Notes: a model not told the origin generated them from the letters alone. A DNA stretch of 50,428 nt from Candidatus Kuenenia stuttgartensis (GCA_945890885.1 CAMDDF010000002.1:1-50428), one strand, 5' to 3'; counted from the stretch's first letter, positions 18,619 to 32,321 are shown. Numbers and translations are program-made.

Positions 18619-19146
18619 ATGAGTAAATACGTAAAAGGTTTGGTTCAGAAAGAGCTTGAAAAAAGATTTGACGGTCTGAACGAGTTTATGGTTGTCAATA
18701 CAGTAGGTATTGACGGAGTAACGAATAATAAGCTTCGCGGAATTTTGAAGCAAAAGGGCATAGACATCACTGTTGTCAAGAATTCTCTGATGGTTAAGGC
18801 TCTTGATAATATGGGAGTTAAAAATTCCGAAAAGCTCTTCAGCGGTTCATGCACGATTGCTTACGGCGGCGACAGTATTGTTGACGTTGCCAAGGAAATC
18901 ATTGACTGGATGAAGAAAATAAAGGCTCTTGAAATCAAGGGTGCTTATATCGAAGGAGTATGCCTCGATCCCAGAGCGGCAATGGAAGTAGCCAAAATGC
19001 CCACTAAGGCACAGCTTCAGGGTACGATCATACTTATTGCTCAGACTCCTGGTGCAAAGGTTGCAGGTGCAATTGGCAGCCCAGCTGGTGTTATTGCAGG
19101 GTGCATCAAGAGTATTATCGAAAAAGCAGAGAAAGACGCAGCGTAG
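18619..19146 (+). CDS. rplJ: 50S ribosomal protein L10
   Basis: 175 aa. Its position between rplA and rplL, and the motif GIDGVTNNKLRGILKQKGIDITVVKNSL. Confidence 0.95.
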   Translation: MSKYVKGLVQKELEKRFDGLNEFMVVNTVGIDGVTNNKLRGILKQKGIDITVVKNSLMVKALDNMGVKNSEKLFSGSCTIAYGGDSIVDVAKEIIDWMKKIKALEIKGAYIEGVCLDPRAAMEVAKMPTKAQLQGTIILIAQTPGAKVAGAIGSPAGVIAGCIKSIIEKAEKDAA

Positions 19147-19250
19147 ATTTAGGTTTAATATTAACGTCATCGCGGTCGCCCCGGTTCGGGTTAAACGGGA
19201 CGAAGTAGTTCCGGCAGCTGCGAGACATAAGTAGACAGGAGTATTGTAAT

Positions 19251-19652
19251 ATGTGTGCAGAAGAAAGAAACTGGGATTCAAACATTAAGGCAATCGGCGA
19301 CAAGATTGTTGCTCTTACGCTTATGCAGGCCAAAGAGCTTGGTGATTACCTTAAAGAAGTGTACGGTATTGAGCCAGCAGCAGGCGGCGCGGTAATGGTA
19401 GCAGGTCCGGTAGCTGCAGTGGCAGAAGAAGCAGTAGAAAAGACAAGTTTCAATGTCATTCTTAAGGCTGCAGGCGATAAGAAGATTCAGGTTATTAAGG
19501 AAGTTCGTGCCTTTACAGGATTGGGCCTTAAAGAAGCCAAAGATCTTGTAGATGGTGCACCTAAGCCCGTTAAAGAAGGTGTATCTAAAGATGAAGCCGC
19601 CACGATGAAGGCTACTCTTGAAGCAGCAGGCGCAACAGTAGAGATAGCTTAA
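19251..19652 (+). CDS. rplL: 50S ribosomal protein L7/L12
   Basis: 133 aa. Ala/Gly hinge, then the C-terminal domain [44 protein letters not shown] lies before the ATG. Confidence 0.96.
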   Translation: MCAEERNWDSNIKAIGDKIVALTLMQAKELGDYLKEVYGIEPAAGGAVMVAGPVAAVAEEAVEKTSFNVILKAAGDKKIQVIKEVRAFTGLGLKEAKDLVDGAPKPVKEGVSKDEAATMKATLEAAGATVEIA

Positions 19653-19730
19653 TTTGCTATTGTTTGCTGGTGCTACAGCGAGTTGTACATCTTATGGGAA
19701 AATTTTAGTTTTTATTGCAGTAAAAATATT

Positions 19731-19748
19731 GCCCGCAGTTTTGCGGGC
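19731..19748 (+). other. GC-rich hairpin in the rplL-rpoB spacer (possible attenuator or processing site)
   Basis: GCCCGCA-GTTT-TGCGGGC with no following T-run. The location matches the rplL-rpoB attenuator region known in other bacteria. Confidence 0.35.
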
Positions 19749-19847
19749 TGGACTCATAGATTTATAAGAAGTATTTAAATTATTTGTTTTTTGAGTCTCG
19801 AAAAAGTTCGAGTTAACTAAATATTCTTTTGCGGGAGTGTTTTAAAT

Positions 19848-22800
19848 ATGATAGCACGGCCTGTTCGTAATTTCGGCAAAATAGCAGATGTAATTGAAGT
19901 ACCGGATCTGGTCAAGATTCAAAGGGAAGGCTATGCGCGTTTTCTGCAGAAAGATGTTCCTGTGGACAAGAGAGCTGATGTCGGTCTTGAGTCATTGCTT
20001 CGTGAGATATTTCCGATCGAAAGCTATGATAAGACGATTCAGCTTCACTTTGCTGGCTATGAGCTTGAAGAACCTAGGTACAATCCAAGAGAGTGCATAG
20101 AGCTTGGTTTGACGTATGGTCATCCATTTAAAATCCGTTGCAGACTGTCAAGGCAAAAAGGCGACGATATTTCAGAGCAGTCGATATACCTTGGCGAAAT
20201 TCCAATAATGGTTGGCGGCGGCGAATTTATAATTAATGGGGCACAGCGTGTAATAGTAAATCAGCTTCACAGAAGCCCTGGTGTTGATTTTGTCATAGAG
20301 AGCAAAGAAGGCGACAGAATTCTTCACGGCGGCAGGATTATTCCTGAGCGAGGCAGTTGGATAGAACTGAGCGTAACTCGCAAGGACGTTTTGATTATCA
20401 GAATCGATCAGTCCAGCAAGATACCCGCGACAGTTTTTCTTCGTGCGATTAGTGAAGAATACAGCACAACAGATAAAATCATCAGGCTTTTCAATAAGAC
20501 TAAAGTTGTAAATGTTAGTAAGCTTGAGCCTACAATGTGGTCAGTTGGGCCAATTGTTGATACTGAGACCGGTGAGATAATTGTTGAAGCCGGCACGCAG
20601 ATTGGCGACAGGATAAGCGATATACAGGGCAGCAGCATACAGGAAATTGAAGTTCTGACTCGTGTCAAGGATGCCCTGATACTTAATACACTTGCGGAAG
20701 ATGACTGCGAGACCAGAGAAAAGGCACTGCTGAAACTATATGCCAAGCTAAGGCCCGGTAATCCGCCTCAGGCAGATAAGGCTGAACTTCTTTTCAAAGA
20801 GAAGTTTTTTGATGCCAACAGGTATCGTCTCGGCAGGGTAGGCAGATTTAGGATCAACCGTAAATTTAATCTGAATATCAATGAAAACGAAATGACTCTT
20901 CGGCCGGAAGATTTTCTCAATGCGATGAAGTATATTTTCGGATTGAGAAACGGCGAAGGCGAGATAGACGATATTGACCATCTGGGCAACAGAAGGTTAA
21001 GGACAATCGATGAGCTTGCAGCAGACGAGGTTCGCAAGGGCCTGTTGAAGTTGCGGCGAACTGTTCAGGAAAGAATGAGCATGAAAGACCCTGAACAGGT
21101 AACCCGAATAGCTGATCTTGTCAACAGCAAAAGTGTTTCGTCAAGTATAGAATTTTTCTTCGGAAGAGGTGAGCTGAGCCAGGTTGTTGACCAGACTAAT
21201 GCACTGAGTCAGCTGACGCACGAAAGACGTTTGAGTGCTCTTGGACCAGGTGGATTGAACAGAAAGCGTGCTGGTTTTGAGGTTCGCGACGTTCACATAA
21301 GCCACTATGGAAGAATATGCCCGATTGAAACACCTGAAGGTACGAACATCGGATTGATATCTTCGCTTGGTATTTATTCAGCCATTGATGAATACGGCTT
21401 TTTGGTTACACCTTATCGCAAAATCAAGGACTGTAAGGAAACTGGCGAGATAGTGTACCTTAGAGCAGATGAAGAAATGAAAGTTGTTTTTGCGCCGCCT
21501 AGTGCATTGATGCCTGGTAAGGGTAGACTCTATGATGGTTTGGTTCTTGCCCGAAAGAATGGCGATCTTACGAAAATAGACAGCAAGGAAGTCGATTATG
21601 TCGATATTGCTCCCAATCAGATCGTTGGTGTTTCAGCGGCATTGATTCCGTTCCTTGAACACGACGACGCAAACCGTGCGTTGATGGGTTCTAACATGCA
21701 ACGTCAGGGCGTACCTTTGCTGGTTTCCGAGGCTCCTCTTGTTGGTACTGATATGGAAGGGCCTGTTGCCAGAAATTCAAGTATGACAATAAAGGCTGAA
21801 AAGGCAGGTGTTATTACTGCCGTTGACGCAAACAGGATAGCAATCAATCATACGGATGAGTATGATCTTTCAAAATTTGTCGGATTGAATGAGCGTACAT
21901 GTCTGAATCAAAGGCCTATCGTTACGCTTGGGGAAAAAGTTGAAGCTGGCCAGGTAATCGCAGATGGCGGAGCAAGCGATCACGGCAAATTGGCACTTGG
22001 TAAGAATATTATTGCAGCATTTATGCCATTTGACGGCTTCAATTTTGAGGATGCGATTTTAATAAGTGAAAGACTTGTAAAGGAAGATACGTTTACAAGT
22101 ATTCATATCGATGAATTCAGCGTGGAAATTCGTGAGACCAAACTTGGAAGAGAAGAATTTACCCCTGATATTCCCAATGTCAGCGAGAAAGTTCTGCGAA
22201 ACCTTGATGCCAACGGTATTATCCGTGAGGGTGCACGAGTTCATACCGATGATATTCTTGTCGGTAAAGTTTCGCCGAAAAGCAAGACTGAGCTGACACC
22301 TGAAGAAAAGTTGCTTCACGCCATATTCGGCAGAGCTGGTGAGGATGTAAAAAATGACTCTCTTGAACTGCCTAGCGGTTATGATGGAGTTGTGATTAAG
22401 ACCAGACATTTCAAACGTCATGGCGGAACCGGCGAAGATTCCAAAAAGGCGCTCAAGGCTGAAATCAAACAATATGAAACGGATATGGTGACTAAACAGT
22501 GTAACCTGTTCCGGAAAATGATGGACAGGGTTTATACGCAGTTTGCGGATATAACGATAGTTGACCCGTCGTCACGTCAGAAAGTTGGTGCCAGCGATGA
22601 TGACGAAGTTATTCTTGAGCAGATAAGTGGATTCAATATCGCTTGGGTTAAGCCTGCTAATCTCAGGGATGATGTTCAGAAGATCATCAATATTCATATG
22701 CCCAAGATTAAGTTTTTGCAGGAAGAACAGAAGAAAATCGTTGAAAGAATGAAACGCGGCGATGAACTGCCTAGTGGTGTTCTTGAAATGGTTAAGGTTT

Positions 22801-23606
22801 ATATTGCCACCAAGAGAACACTTAGTATCGGTGACAAAATGGCTGGGCGACACGGTAATAAAGGTGTAATCGCCAGAATTATGGCCGAAGAAGATATGCC
22901 GTTCCTTGAGGATGGTACTCCTGTTGATATTCTTCTTAATCCGCTTGGTGTACCTAGTCGTATGAACGTCGGCCAGATTCTTGAGACGCATCTTGGATGG
23001 GCAGCTAAGGTTCTTGGTTTTGATGCGGTTACGCCGGTGTTCGATGGAGCCAAGGAAGAAGATATTATGCTGGTTACCGAAGAGGCCAATGCACATGTTC
23101 GTAAACGAATGGCAGATATGGAACGCGATAATCTGATTCCGCCTTCGAATGAGATATTTGCTCAGATTCCTGGTAGTCTCAAGACGCAGTTACGTGACGG
23201 CCGAACTGGAGAACCATTTGAGCAACAGGCTACTGTCGGTTACATTTATATGATGAAGCTTCATCATCTTGTTGATGATAAGATTCATGCTCGTTCTACA
23301 GGTCCATACAGTCTTATTACTCAGCAGCCGTTGGGCGGTAAGGCAAGGACGGGTGGTCAGAGGTTCGGTGAAATGGAAGTGTGGGCACTTGAAGGTTATG
23401 GTGCAGCATATACATTGCAGGAACTTTTGACGGTTAAGAGTGATGATATTGAAGGCCGAACAAAGATATACGAGTCTATGGTCAAGGGCGAAAATACTCT
23501 TGAAGCTGGTACGCCGGTATCTTTTGATGTTCTTTGTAATGAAATACGAGGCCTTGGTTTAAATATTCAGCTCGAAAAGAAACGTCTGCCAAGTGCAAAA
23601 CTGTAG
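19848..23606 (+). CDS. rpoB: DNA-directed RNA polymerase subunit beta
   Basis: 1252 aa. Conserved blocks include [19 protein letters not shown] and [13 protein letters not shown]. Confidence 0.99.
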   Translation: MIARPVRNFGKIADVIEVPDLVKIQREGYARFLQKDVPVDKRADVGLESLLREIFPIESYDKTIQLHFAGYELEEPRYNPRECIELGLTYGHPFKIRCRLSRQKGDDISEQSIYLGEIPIMVGGGEFIINGAQRVIVNQLHRSPGVDFVIESKEGDRILHGGRIIPERGSWIELSVTRKDVLIIRIDQSSKIPATVFLRAISEEYSTTDKIIRLFNKTKVVNVSKLEPTMWSVGPIVDTETGEIIVEAGTQIGDRISDIQGSSIQEIEVLTRVKDALILNTLAEDDCETREKALLKLYAKLRPGNPPQADKAELLFKEKFFDANRYRLGRVGRFRINRKFNLNINENEMTLRPEDFLNAMKYIFGLRNGEGEIDDIDHLGNRRLRTIDELAADEVRKGLLKLRRTVQERMSMKDPEQVTRIADLVNSKSVSSSIEFFFGRGELSQVVDQTNALSQLTHERRLSALGPGGLNRKRAGFEVRDVHISHYGRICPIETPEGTNIGLISSLGIYSAIDEYGFLVTPYRKIKDCKETGEIVYLRADEEMKVVFAPPSALMPGKGRLYDGLVLARKNGDLTKIDSKEVDYVDIAPNQIVGVSAALIPFLEHDDANRALMGSNMQRQGVPLLVSEAPLVGTDMEGPVARNSSMTIKAEKAGVITAVDANRIAINHTDEYDLSKFVGLNERTCLNQRPIVTLGEKVEAGQVIADGGASDHGKLALGKNIIAAFMPFDGFNFEDAILISERLVKEDTFTSIHIDEFSVEIRETKLGREEFTPDIPNVSEKVLRNLDANGIIREGARVHTDDILVGKVSPKSKTELTPEEKLLHAIFGRAGEDVKNDSLELPSGYDGVVIKTRHFKRHGGTGEDSKKALKAEIKQYETDMVTKQCNLFRKMMDRVYTQFADITIVDPSSRQKVGASDDDEVILEQISGFNIAWVKPANLRDDVQKIINIHMPKIKFLQEEQKKIVERMKRGDELPSGVLEMVKVYIATKRTLSIGDKMAGRHGNKGVIARIMAEEDMPFLEDGTPVDILLNPLGVPSRMNVGQILETHLGWAAKVLGFDAVTPVFDGAKEEDIMLVTEEANAHVRKRMADMERDNLIPPSNEIFAQIPGSLKTQLRDGRTGEPFEQQATVGYIYMMKLHHLVDDKIHARSTGPYSLITQQPLGGKARTGGQRFGEMEVWALEGYGAAYTLQELLTVKSDDIEGRTKIYESMVKGENTLEAGTPVSFDVLCNEIRGLGLNIQLEKKRLPSAKL

Positions 23607-23662
23607 AAAATAGTCTGACGTTGCTGAAATAAAAATTAATCCTTTACAGGGAGACAGTCATA

Positions 23663-26600
23663 ATGGTAGAGAGCATTTATGACAAGATAAACGATTTCGG
23701 TTCAGTGAAAATCGGTCTTGCAAGTCCCAATGACATACGGAGTTGGTCATTTGGAGAGGTACGTAAGCCCGAGACGATTAATTATCGTACATACAGGCCT
23801 GAGCGTGACGGACTTTTCTGTGAGCGTATTTTTGGTCCTGAGCGTGACTGGGAATGTGCGTGCGGTAAGTATAAAGGTACCAAATTCAAAGGTATCATTT
23901 GTGATCGTTGCGGTGTTAAGGTAACTCATAGCCGGGTACGTCGAAAGAGGATGGGTCATATCAATCTTGCGGCGCCAGTTGTTCATATATGGTTTTTCAA
24001 GTCTATGCCTAGCAGGCTTGGTACTTTGCTTGCGATGAAGACGAGCGACATCGAAAAGGTTGTTTATTTTCAGGATTACGTTGTTACTAATGCTGGCGAT
24101 ACTCCTTTAAAAGTCAAGCAGCTTTTAACCGAAGAAGAATACCGTGAAGTTCAGACCAAATACGGAAATGCTTTTAAGGCATGTATGGGTGCCGAGGCTA
24201 TACGCGATCTTCTTAATGGACTTAACCTCGACAGTCTCAGGATTGAACTTAACGCTGCGATAATTGATACCAACAGCAAGCAGAAAATCAAAGACCTGAC
24301 CAAAAGGCTCAAGATAGTTAATGGTATTTTGTCCAGCAGCAATAAGCCTGAGTGGATGGTTCTTGATGTCTGTCCGGTTATTCCGCCTGATTTGAGGCCA
24401 TTAGTTTTGCTTGAAAGCGGTAATTTTGCAACGAGCGATTTGAACGATCTTTATCGCCGAATCATCAATAGAAATAACCGTTTGAAGAAACTTATAGATC
24501 TTAACGCTCCTGAAGTTATTATCCGTAATGAAAAACGAATGCTTCAGCAGGCTGTCGATGCGTTGTTTGACAACGGCAGATGCAGAAGGCCTGTACTTGG
24601 CAGCAACAACAGACCGCTGAAGAGTCTTACAGATATGATTAAGGGCAAGCAGGGACGTTTCAGGGAGAACTTGCTTGGAAAACGTGTCGACTATTCGGCA
24701 AGAAGCGTTATTGTGGTTGGCCCGCATCTTAAGCTTAATCAGTGTGGCCTTCCGAAGAAAATAGCGCTTGAACTGTTTCAGCCTTTTATCATTCGCAAAC
24801 TGAAAGATCGTGGTCTTGCAGATACGATTAAGAGCGCAAAAAGGATGCTCGAACGAAGAGATGAGCAGGTTTGGGATATTCTTGAAGAAGTTATTCATCA
24901 GCATCCAGTGATGCTGAATCGTGCTCCGACGCTTCACCGTATGGGTATTCAGGCGTTTGAGCCTGTGCTTGTCGAAGGCAATGCGATTATGATTCACCCA
25001 TTGGTGTGCAAAGGATTTAATGCTGACTTCGATGGTGACCAGATGGCGGTGCATCTTCCGTTGAGCATCGAGGCTCAGGTGGAAGCTCATACGCTGATAC
25101 TTGCGACGAATAATATTTTCGCGCCATCGGATGGTGCGCCGATTATGAGTCCATCTCAGGATATCGTTCTTGGCAGCTATTATGTTACATGTATGAGAGA
25201 ATGCGAAAAAGGCGAAGGCGGAATATTCAGGGATCCTTTCGAGGCGCTGATGGCCTATCAGACAGGCAGCATAAGCATTCACGCCAGAGTTAAGGTTTTC
25301 ATTGGCAAAGACAAAAAAGTCGTAAGCGAAGACGGCGAATTCAAGAATGGTATTCTTGATACTACAGCGGGAAGATGTTTGTTTAATGACATTCTGCCAG
25401 CAGGTATGCCGTTTTATAATGTTGCGATGTCGCAGAAGAAAATTAAGAAAGTTATTAGCGATTGTTTTGAGATAGCAGGCAGTGCAAAGACAATCGATTT
25501 GCTTGATAATATCAAAGACCTTGGCTTCAGGCAAGCAGCTCTTGCGGGTCTGAGCTTTGGAGTTACAGATTTATGCATACCAAAGACTAAGCCTGCCATT
25601 ATTGCTGCCACCCAGAAGAAGGTGGACAAGATTCAGGATAATTACAATGATGGTGTTTTGACCGAGGGTGAACGGTATAATCAGGTTATCGATGCGTGGA
25701 CACATGCTCGTGTTGCGGTAACCAGCGATATGATGCTTGCATTGAAGAATGATACTAGAGACGGCAAGCCTTATCTTAATCCGATATTTTTGATGAGTGA
25801 TTCTGGAGCACGAGGTAGTGTTGACCAGATTCAGCAGCTTGCAGGTATGCGTGCGTTGATGGCTAAGCCAAGTGGTGAAATTATTGAAACGCCAATTATA
25901 TCAAACTTCCGTGAAGGATTGAATGTTCTTGAGTATTTCAGTTCGACACACGGTGCACGTAAGGGATTGGCGGATACAGCTTTGAAGACAGCTGACTCAG
26001 GTTATCTAACACGTAAGCTGGCAGATGTTGCACAGAATATGATTATTAACGAACACGATTGCGGTACGCTTCAGGGTGTAACAAAGAGTACTGTTTATAA
26101 AGGTGAACGCGTCGATATTCCGCTAAGTCAGCTTATCGTCGGCAGAACCGCTCGTGATAATATCAGTGATCCGATTCGCGATGAGATGATTGTTCATGAA
26201 AATGAAGTTATCACGTTAGAGGCAGCCAAGAAGATAGAGGCTCTTGGGCTTGACGCGATCAGGGTTAGAAGTCCTCTTACCTGTGAAAGCACAACGGGAG
26301 TTTGTGCTAAGTGTTATGGCTGGGATCTTAGTTCCGGCAGACTGGCGGAGCAAGGTCTTGCAGTCGGTATCATAGGTGCACAGTCAATCGGTGAGCCTGG
26401 TACACAGTTGACAATGCGTACGTTCCATACTGGAGGTATTGCTTCACGTGCAATTCTTGAAAATGAACAGAATTCAAGCCAGGCTGGTGTTGTTAAATAT
26501 TATGAACTCAAAGTTGTTACTATTTCCACTGAGGCAGGTTCACGAGATTTAACGCTTAAGAGAAATGGTGAAATAGCCGTTCTCGATGACAAGGGCAGGG

Positions 26601-27931
26601 AGCTTGAAAAATTTAAAGTTCCTTATGGTGCAGAGCTTTCAGTTAAAGAAGGTCAGAGAATCAAGGCTGGCCAGAAAATGTTTATATGGGACCCGCACAG
26701 AACGCCTATTTTGGCGGAAGTTGGCGGTACGATTCGTTTTGTTGATATTGTCGACGGTGAAACGATAAGAATCGAAGAAGAGCGTAAAGGCCAAAAGGGC
26801 AAGCCTGTGATTATCGAACATAAGGGCGATAAGCATCCTCAAATGATAATCGAAGATGAAAGCGGCAAGATTCTTCACGTTCATTATTTGCCTGCGAAGG
26901 CACGTCTTGAAGTTGAGGAAGGCTCGTCTGTTCAGGCTGGTGCGCTTCTTGCGATACAGCCACGAGGCGGCGGCGGAACACAGGATATTACCGGCGGTCT
27001 TCCGCGTGTTACAGAAATTTTCGAAGCTCGCAAGCCTAAAGAGCCTGCAGCTATTGCGGAAATCAGCGGACGCGTAGAGCTTAAGAGTGATAAACGCCGT
27101 GGAAAGATGACAGTTGTTGTTCGTAATGAAAGCGGTATGGAAAAAGAACATCACGTTCCACGTGATCGTCACTTGAATGTTCATACCGGCGATATCGTCG
27201 ATGCTGGCGATTTCCTTACGGATGGACCTCTTGTGCCGCATGATATTTTGCGTATTCGAGGCGAAGAAGCTCTTCAGCGTTATCTGCTGACTGAGGTTCA
27301 GAATGTATATCGTGCACAGAATGTAACAATCAACGATAAGCATATTGAGATAATTCTTTCTCAGATGATGCGTAAGATTGAAATTGAGGCTGTCGGTGAC
27401 AGCGGATTGTTGCCTGGAGAAATTATCGACAAGCGTCATTTCCGTGAAATTAATGATCGACTGGCAAGAAGTCTGAAAGTTAGCGAAGCTGGTGATACGG
27501 ATCTTCAAGCTGGCGCTGTTGTCAGCAAGGAAGATATGGAAGCTGCCAATGAAAAGGTATCGATTCTTGGCGGTGAAGGTGCTAAGGGTAAAAAGCCAAG
27601 ACCAGCAACAGCCAGGACGTTGCTGCTTGGTATAACCAAGGCTTCGTTGCAGTCAGAAAGCTTTATTTCTGCGGCAAGTTTCCAGGAAACAACTAAAGTA
27701 TTGACAGAGGCGTCATTGTCTGGTAGAGTGGACAACTTACGCGGTCTTAAGGAAAACGTAATTCTTGGGCATCTGATCCCAGCAGGGACAGGTTTCAGGC
27801 CTTATGTCGAGATGAAAGTTAAGCATCTTACTCAGGCACCGGTTCCTAAGGAATTCCGTGAAGACTTAAAAGCAAGTGAAGTGGAGGCCAAGGCGGATGC
27901 AGCAATGCGTGAGGCTTTGGGCTTAAAATAA
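23663..27931 (+). CDS. rpoC: DNA-directed RNA polymerase subunit beta'
   Basis: 1422 aa. Zn motif [20 protein letters not shown], catalytic [12 protein letters not shown]. Confidence 0.99.
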   Translation: MVESIYDKINDFGSVKIGLASPNDIRSWSFGEVRKPETINYRTYRPERDGLFCERIFGPERDWECACGKYKGTKFKGIICDRCGVKVTHSRVRRKRMGHINLAAPVVHIWFFKSMPSRLGTLLAMKTSDIEKVVYFQDYVVTNAGDTPLKVKQLLTEEEYREVQTKYGNAFKACMGAEAIRDLLNGLNLDSLRIELNAAIIDTNSKQKIKDLTKRLKIVNGILSSSNKPEWMVLDVCPVIPPDLRPLVLLESGNFATSDLNDLYRRIINRNNRLKKLIDLNAPEVIIRNEKRMLQQAVDALFDNGRCRRPVLGSNNRPLKSLTDMIKGKQGRFRENLLGKRVDYSARSVIVVGPHLKLNQCGLPKKIALELFQPFIIRKLKDRGLADTIKSAKRMLERRDEQVWDILEEVIHQHPVMLNRAPTLHRMGIQAFEPVLVEGNAIMIHPLVCKGFNADFDGDQMAVHLPLSIEAQVEAHTLILATNNIFAPSDGAPIMSPSQDIVLGSYYVTCMRECEKGEGGIFRDPFEALMAYQTGSISIHARVKVFIGKDKKVVSEDGEFKNGILDTTAGRCLFNDILPAGMPFYNVAMSQKKIKKVISDCFEIAGSAKTIDLLDNIKDLGFRQAALAGLSFGVTDLCIPKTKPAIIAATQKKVDKIQDNYNDGVLTEGERYNQVIDAWTHARVAVTSDMMLALKNDTRDGKPYLNPIFLMSDSGARGSVDQIQQLAGMRALMAKPSGEIIETPIISNFREGLNVLEYFSSTHGARKGLADTALKTADSGYLTRKLADVAQNMIINEHDCGTLQGVTKSTVYKGERVDIPLSQLIVGRTARDNISDPIRDEMIVHENEVITLEAAKKIEALGLDAIRVRSPLTCESTTGVCAKCYGWDLSSGRLAEQGLAVGIIGAQSIGEPGTQLTMRTFHTGGIASRAILENEQNSSQAGVVKYYELKVVTISTEAGSRDLTLKRNGEIAVLDDKGRELEKFKVPYGAELSVKEGQRIKAGQKMFIWDPHRTPILAEVGGTIRFVDIVDGETIRIEEERKGQKGKPVIIEHKGDKHPQMIIEDESGKILHVHYLPAKARLEVEEGSSVQAGALLAIQPRGGGGTQDITGGLPRVTEIFEARKPKEPAAIAEISGRVELKSDKRRGKMTVVVRNESGMEKEHHVPRDRHLNVHTGDIVDAGDFLTDGPLVPHDILRIRGEEALQRYLLTEVQNVYRAQNVTINDKHIEIILSQMMRKIEIEAVGDSGLLPGEIIDKRHFREINDRLARSLKVSEAGDTDLQAGAVVSKEDMEAANEKVSILGGEGAKGKKPRPATARTLLLGITKASLQSESFISAASFQETTKVLTEASLSGRVDNLRGLKENVILGHLIPAGTGFRPYVEMKVKHLTQAPVPKEFREDLKASEVEAKADAAMREALGLK

Positions 27932-27959
27932 GTTTTAAATAAGCATAAATGGAGCAATA

Positions 27960-28325
27960 ATGCCAACTATTAATCAATTAGTTCGCAAAGGACGCAGCGG
28001 AAAGAGCAAAAAGAGGATTTCTGATATTACAGGCTGTCCTCAGAAGCGTGGTGTTTGCCTGATCGTCAGGACTCAGACGCCTAAGAAGCCGAACTCAGCT
28101 TTACGTAAGATAGCTCGTGTTCGCCTTACCAATGGCAAGGAAGTAACCGCGTATATTCCGGGTGTTGACCATAATCTTCAGGAACACAGTACTGTTTTGA
28201 TTCGCGGCGGCAGGGTTCGTGATTTACCGGGCGTACGGTATCACATTGTTCGCGGTACGCTTGATACGTCAGGTGTAGCAAAACGCAAACAAGGCAGAAG
28301 TAAATATGGTGCAAAAACAAGTTAA
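27960..28325 (+). CDS. rpsL: 30S ribosomal protein S12
   Basis: 121 aa. [12 protein letters not shown]..., [10 protein letters not shown]. Confidence 0.99.
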   Translation: MPTINQLVRKGRSGKSKKRISDITGCPQKRGVCLIVRTQTPKKPNSALRKIARVRLTNGKEVTAYIPGVDHNLQEHSTVLIRGGRVRDLPGVRYHIVRGTLDTSGVAKRKQGRSKYGAKTS

Positions 28326-28353
28326 TGTTTTATTTTGATTAAAAGGTAGCGTA

Positions 28354-28827
28354 ATGGCTAAAAAATTTACAGCGTCAAGTGAACAGTTAAAGCCGGATCC
28401 GGTTTATCAGAGCAAGTTGGTTTCGAAGTTTATCAATTGCCTTATGTATGATGGCAAGAAAAGCACTGCTCAGAAGGTTTTTTATGACTCAATGAGTCTA
28501 ATCGAAAAGAAGCTTAAAGATGTCGCTCCTAATGAAGTTTTCGAGACGGCAATCAATAATGTGAAGCCAATGCTTGAGGTTAGAAGCAAGCGTGTCGGTG
28601 GAGCAAGCTATCAGGTTCCGATGCAGGTTAAACCCAAGAGACAGCAGTCGCTTGCGTTTCGATGGGTGATTCAGGCTGTACGCGGCAAAAAAGGTAAGCC
28701 GATGAGCCAGAGACTTGCGGCTGAATTTGTAGATGCTTACAACAAGACCGGCGCAGCGGTAACGACCAGAGAAAATACACACAGAATGGCAGAAGCTAAT
28801 AAGGCATTTGCTCATTTTGCATGGTAA
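28354..28827 (+). CDS. rpsG: 30S ribosomal protein S7
   Basis: 157 aa. [28 protein letters not shown], ending HFAW. Confidence 0.98.
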   Translation: MAKKFTASSEQLKPDPVYQSKLVSKFINCLMYDGKKSTAQKVFYDSMSLIEKKLKDVAPNEVFETAINNVKPMLEVRSKRVGGASYQVPMQVKPKRQQSLAFRWVIQAVRGKKGKPMSQRLAAEFVDAYNKTGAAVTTRENTHRMAEANKAFAHFAW

Positions 28828-28846
28828 TTTTTAGTTGATTTTCAAG

Positions 28847-28886
28847 TGCCACGGACATTTGCGAAGATGAACGTGGCATTTTTTTT
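28847..28886 (+). terminator. Intrinsic terminator-like hairpin between rpsG and fusA
   Basis: Outer stem TGCCACG/CGTGGCA, inner stem CATTT/AGATG closed by a GCGA (GNRA) tetraloop, followed by T8 (28879-28886). Confidence 0.6.
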
Positions 28887-28911
28887 AATTATTTTTTGAA
28901 TTATACCATCT

Positions 28912-30996
28912 ATGGCCGAATCTTTAGAGAAAATTAGAAATATAGGCATTATGGCCCATATCGATGCCGGCAAGACAACGGTAACCGAGCGGATTCTGTT
29001 TTACGCGGGCAAAACCTATAAAATGGGTGAGGTTCACGATGGCACAGCCGTTATGGATTTCATGGAGGAAGAGCAGCAAAGGGGGATTACAATCACTTCT
29101 GCGGCCACCAAATGCCAATGGAAAGATTGTGATATCAATCTGATCGATACACCAGGGCACGTTGATTTCACCGCAGAGGTTGAACGTTCGCTGAGAGTTC
29201 TTGATGGTGCTGTTGCGGTTTTTGATGCAAGCGAAGGAGTTCAGGCCCAGACAGAAACTGTATGGCGACAAGGTAAAAAATATAATCTTGCATGTCTCTG
29301 TTTTGTAAATAAGATGGACAAAATCGGGGCGGATTTTGAGATGACATTCAATAGTATCACGGAAAAACTTTCGGCCAATCCGATTGCTGTTCAGGTTCCT
29401 ATTGGGGCGGAAACTAATTTTGAGGGGTTGATAGACCTTGTCAAAATGAAGGCGGTTTATTACGATGCCAGCGAATCAGGCGTGAAATTTGAGGAAAAAG
29501 AAATTCCATCCAATTTTCTGGAAGATGCTAAAAAGTGGCGTCATTTAATGATTGAACGTGCGGCGGAATTTGATGATGAGCTGATGAATAAATACGTACA
29601 CGATAAGCCTGTTGAAGCAGGTCTCATCGAGCGGGCTATTCGCAAGGGCGTTGTTGAGAATAAGCTGAACCCTGTTTTTTGTGGTTCGGCACTGAGAAAT
29701 GTCGGCGTTCAGAGGCTTCTTGATGGAGTAGTGGCTTATCTGCCGTCGCCGCTTGACAGGCCTGAAATCAAAGGATTCGATCCTGATAAAAAGGACAAGG
29801 AAATAATCGTAAAGTGCGACCCGGATAGGCCATTTGTTGGTTTGGCGTTTAAAATTACCGCCGATAAGCACGGAGACCTGTATTTTGTTCGCATATATCA
29901 GGGTGGTCTTGTATCAAATAGCAGGGTGCTGAATTCCAGCCGAGGGCATAAAGAAAATATAACGCGAATTTTTCAGATGCATGCCAATTCGAGGACAATT
30001 CTCGAAACTGCTCAGGCAGGTGATATTGTTGCAATAGTAGGTCTTAAAGATACTTTGACTGGCGATACTATATGTGATCCCAAAAAACCAGTTCAGCTTG
30101 ATAGTATAACTTTTCCGGAAACAGTGATAAGTATGAGTATTGAGCCGAGAACTGCGGCTGAGCGGGTTAAACTTGGTGAAGCACTGGCGATTTTACGCCG
30201 GGAAGACCCGACCTTTGGATGTAAATATGACCCCGAAACCGGTCAGACGATTATTAGCGGCATGGGCGAGTTGCACCTGGAAATACTTGAACATAAACTC
30301 AAGCGTGATTTAAAGGTAGATGTTCGTACCGGCAAGCCGAGAGTCGCATACAAGGAAGCCATTAGTAAAGAGGCTAAGGGCGAAGCTAAATTTATAAGGC
30401 AGACAGGCGGCAGGGGGCAGTATGGACATGTTTTCATAACGATAGAGCCTTTATTCGATGAAGATGGTCATTATTCTCGTGAAAATCAATTTGAAGTTAA
30501 TGTAGTCGGCGGGACAGTTCCTAAAGAGTATTTTTCGGCAGTTGGAAAGGGTGTTATCGATGCACTTTCCAGCGGGGCTTTGGCTGGCTATCCTGTTGTA
30601 GGTGTTAAGGTTATATTAATTGATGGCTCTTTTCATCCAGTGGATTCTTCAGAGCTTGCTTTTGAGCAGGCAGGTACAATGGCGGTAAGGGATGTTATGG
30701 TGGAGGCATCTCCGGTACTTCTTGAGCCAATAATGAAAGTTCAGGCGATTGTTCCTGAAGTGAATTATGGATCTGTTCAGGGTAGTTTAATCGCCAAACG
30801 AGGTGTAATTGTAGATACGCACTCTCATAGCTCGATGGTGGTTATTGATGCTATGGTTCCATTGGCGGAGATGTTCGGTTATTCCAGCGAAATAAGGAGT
30901 ATGACGGCAGGGCGAGGCACCTTTGTAATGGAGCCATTATGCTATGAAAAAGTGCCTGAACAAATTTCTGAGAAAATTTTATCAGGTTCCTATTGA
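28912..30996 (+). CDS. fusA: Elongation factor G
   Basis: 694 aa. [37 protein letters not shown]. Confidence 0.98.
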   Translation: MAESLEKIRNIGIMAHIDAGKTTVTERILFYAGKTYKMGEVHDGTAVMDFMEEEQQRGITITSAATKCQWKDCDINLIDTPGHVDFTAEVERSLRVLDGAVAVFDASEGVQAQTETVWRQGKKYNLACLCFVNKMDKIGADFEMTFNSITEKLSANPIAVQVPIGAETNFEGLIDLVKMKAVYYDASESGVKFEEKEIPSNFLEDAKKWRHLMIERAAEFDDELMNKYVHDKPVEAGLIERAIRKGVVENKLNPVFCGSALRNVGVQRLLDGVVAYLPSPLDRPEIKGFDPDKKDKEIIVKCDPDRPFVGLAFKITADKHGDLYFVRIYQGGLVSNSRVLNSSRGHKENITRIFQMHANSRTILETAQAGDIVAIVGLKDTLTGDTICDPKKPVQLDSITFPETVISMSIEPRTAAERVKLGEALAILRREDPTFGCKYDPETGQTIISGMGELHLEILEHKLKRDLKVDVRTGKPRVAYKEAISKEAKGEAKFIRQTGGRGQYGHVFITIEPLFDEDGHYSRENQFEVNVVGGTVPKEYFSAVGKGVIDALSSGALAGYPVVGVKVILIDGSFHPVDSSELAFEQAGTMAVRDVMVEASPVLLEPIMKVQAIVPEVNYGSVQGSLIAKRGVIVDTHSHSSMVVIDAMVPLAEMFGYSSEIRSMTAGRGTFVMEPLCYEKVPEQISEKILSGSY

Positions 30997-31310
30997 CGGG
31001 AGCTAAATAATCTGCTAGAGTAGCTTTTCTTGCAGCCGGAGCGAGCATAATTTTAACAGATTATGCGATTACGAGTTGGGCTGTTTCATCTCGTATTTTG
31101 TGCAGATGATAGGAAAGAGCTTTTTGTCATAGTAGTTTAGAGCTTTTTTATCGGAATGAAACCTGATATTTCCTGTTAGCTGTGCATTCCCGCTCCTAAT
31201 TGCATAATTTTTGGAAAAAAAGTTATTTTTCACTTGTTTTTAATGTTGGAAACTGTATTCTTAGAGGTTTTCCGCTCTGGAATAAGTGTAGAAACTATTA
31301 AGGAAATGAT

Positions 31311-31625
31311 ATGGCAGCAGAAGGTGAAAAAATTAGAATCAGGATGGAAGCTTACGACCATCGTGCATTGGATAATTCTGCAAAGGAAATAGTTGAGCAG
31401 GCCAGCAGAACAAATGCACGAGTGAGCGGTCCGGTTCCGCTTCCGACAAGGATAGAAAGATATACCGTTTTACGCAGTCCTCATATTGACAAAAAATCTC
31501 GTGAACAGTTCGAGATACGTACACACAAGAGGCTGATAGATATATTTGAAGCAAATACCCGCACCGTTGAGGCTCTTAACAAGCTGGTTGTTCCTGCAGG
31601 TGTTTTTGTAAAGATAAAAGCTTAA
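31311..31625 (+). CDS. rpsJ: 30S ribosomal protein S10
   Basis: 104 aa. [15 protein letters not shown]. Confidence 0.98.
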   Translation: MAAEGEKIRIRMEAYDHRALDNSAKEIVEQASRTNARVSGPVPLPTRIERYTVLRSPHIDKKSREQFEIRTHKRLIDIFEANTRTVEALNKLVVPAGVFVKIKA

Positions 31626-31656
31626 TTTTCATTTTGATTGAGAAGGTACGCTGAAT

Positions 31657-32307
31657 ATGGCGATGTTGCTTGGTAAAAAAATAGGCATGACACAGATTTA
31701 TAACGCGGATGGGAAAATGGTTCCTGTTACTGTTATACAAGCTGGTCCTTGCAAAGTTATGCAGATCAAAACAGCTGAAACCGATGGTTATGAGTCAGTT
31801 CAGCTTGGTTATGATGAAGTGAAGAAATCACGAATCAAAAGGCCTGAAGAGGGGCACGCTAAAAAGGCAAATACATCGCCTAAGCGGTTTGTTCGTGAGA
31901 TGAGACTTAATGGACAGCAGTGTTCTGTTGAACTCGGCAGTGACGTGGATGTTGATGCTTTTTCAGAAATAAAGTATGTTGACGTTATTGGCACTAGCAA
32001 AGGTAAAGGTACCGCGGGCGTAATGAAACGACACGGCTTTGGTGGTTTTCCTGGTTCGCACGGTACCGAGCGTAAGCACAGGGCGGGCGGTTCAATCTGT
32101 AGCCACGGTAGCGACCGAGGTCACGGCGGAAACCTTAAAAAAGGTAAACGAATGGGCGGAAGAATGGGTAACGAAAGAGTTACTACCAAGAATCATATTC
32201 TTGTAAGCGTTGATAAAGAAAAGAATCTGTTGGTAGTTAAGGGTGCAGTAGCGGGACCTGCCGGCGGATATGTGATAGTAAGAACATCAAAGACTCATAA
32301 GAAATAG
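31657..32307 (+). CDS. rplC: 50S ribosomal protein L3
   Basis: 216 aa. LLGKKIGMTQIY...VPVTVIQAGPC. Confidence 0.98.
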   Translation: MAMLLGKKIGMTQIYNADGKMVPVTVIQAGPCKVMQIKTAETDGYESVQLGYDEVKKSRIKRPEEGHAKKANTSPKRFVREMRLNGQQCSVELGSDVDVDAFSEIKYVDVIGTSKGKGTAGVMKRHGFGGFPGSHGTERKHRAGGSICSHGSDRGHGGNLKKGKRMGGRMGNERVTTKNHILVSVDKEKNLLVVKGAVAGPAGGYVIVRTSKTHKK

Positions 32308-32321
32308 GCGGAATTACAATA

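Noticed and set aside
24401-25534. 377-aa minus-strand ORF (and a similar 289-aa ORF at 26639-27508)
   Set aside because: Both are antisense to the highly conserved rpoC reading frame, have no RBS or recognisable domains, and are typical antisense open frames.
31116-31148. Direct repeat AGAGCTTTTT occurring twice in the fusA-rpsJ spacer
   Set aside because: It is a 10-nt T-rich repeat without a stable associated hairpin or promoter boxes, so it is insufficient for a call. I also could not define a convincing rpsJ promoter or L4-type leader by eye.
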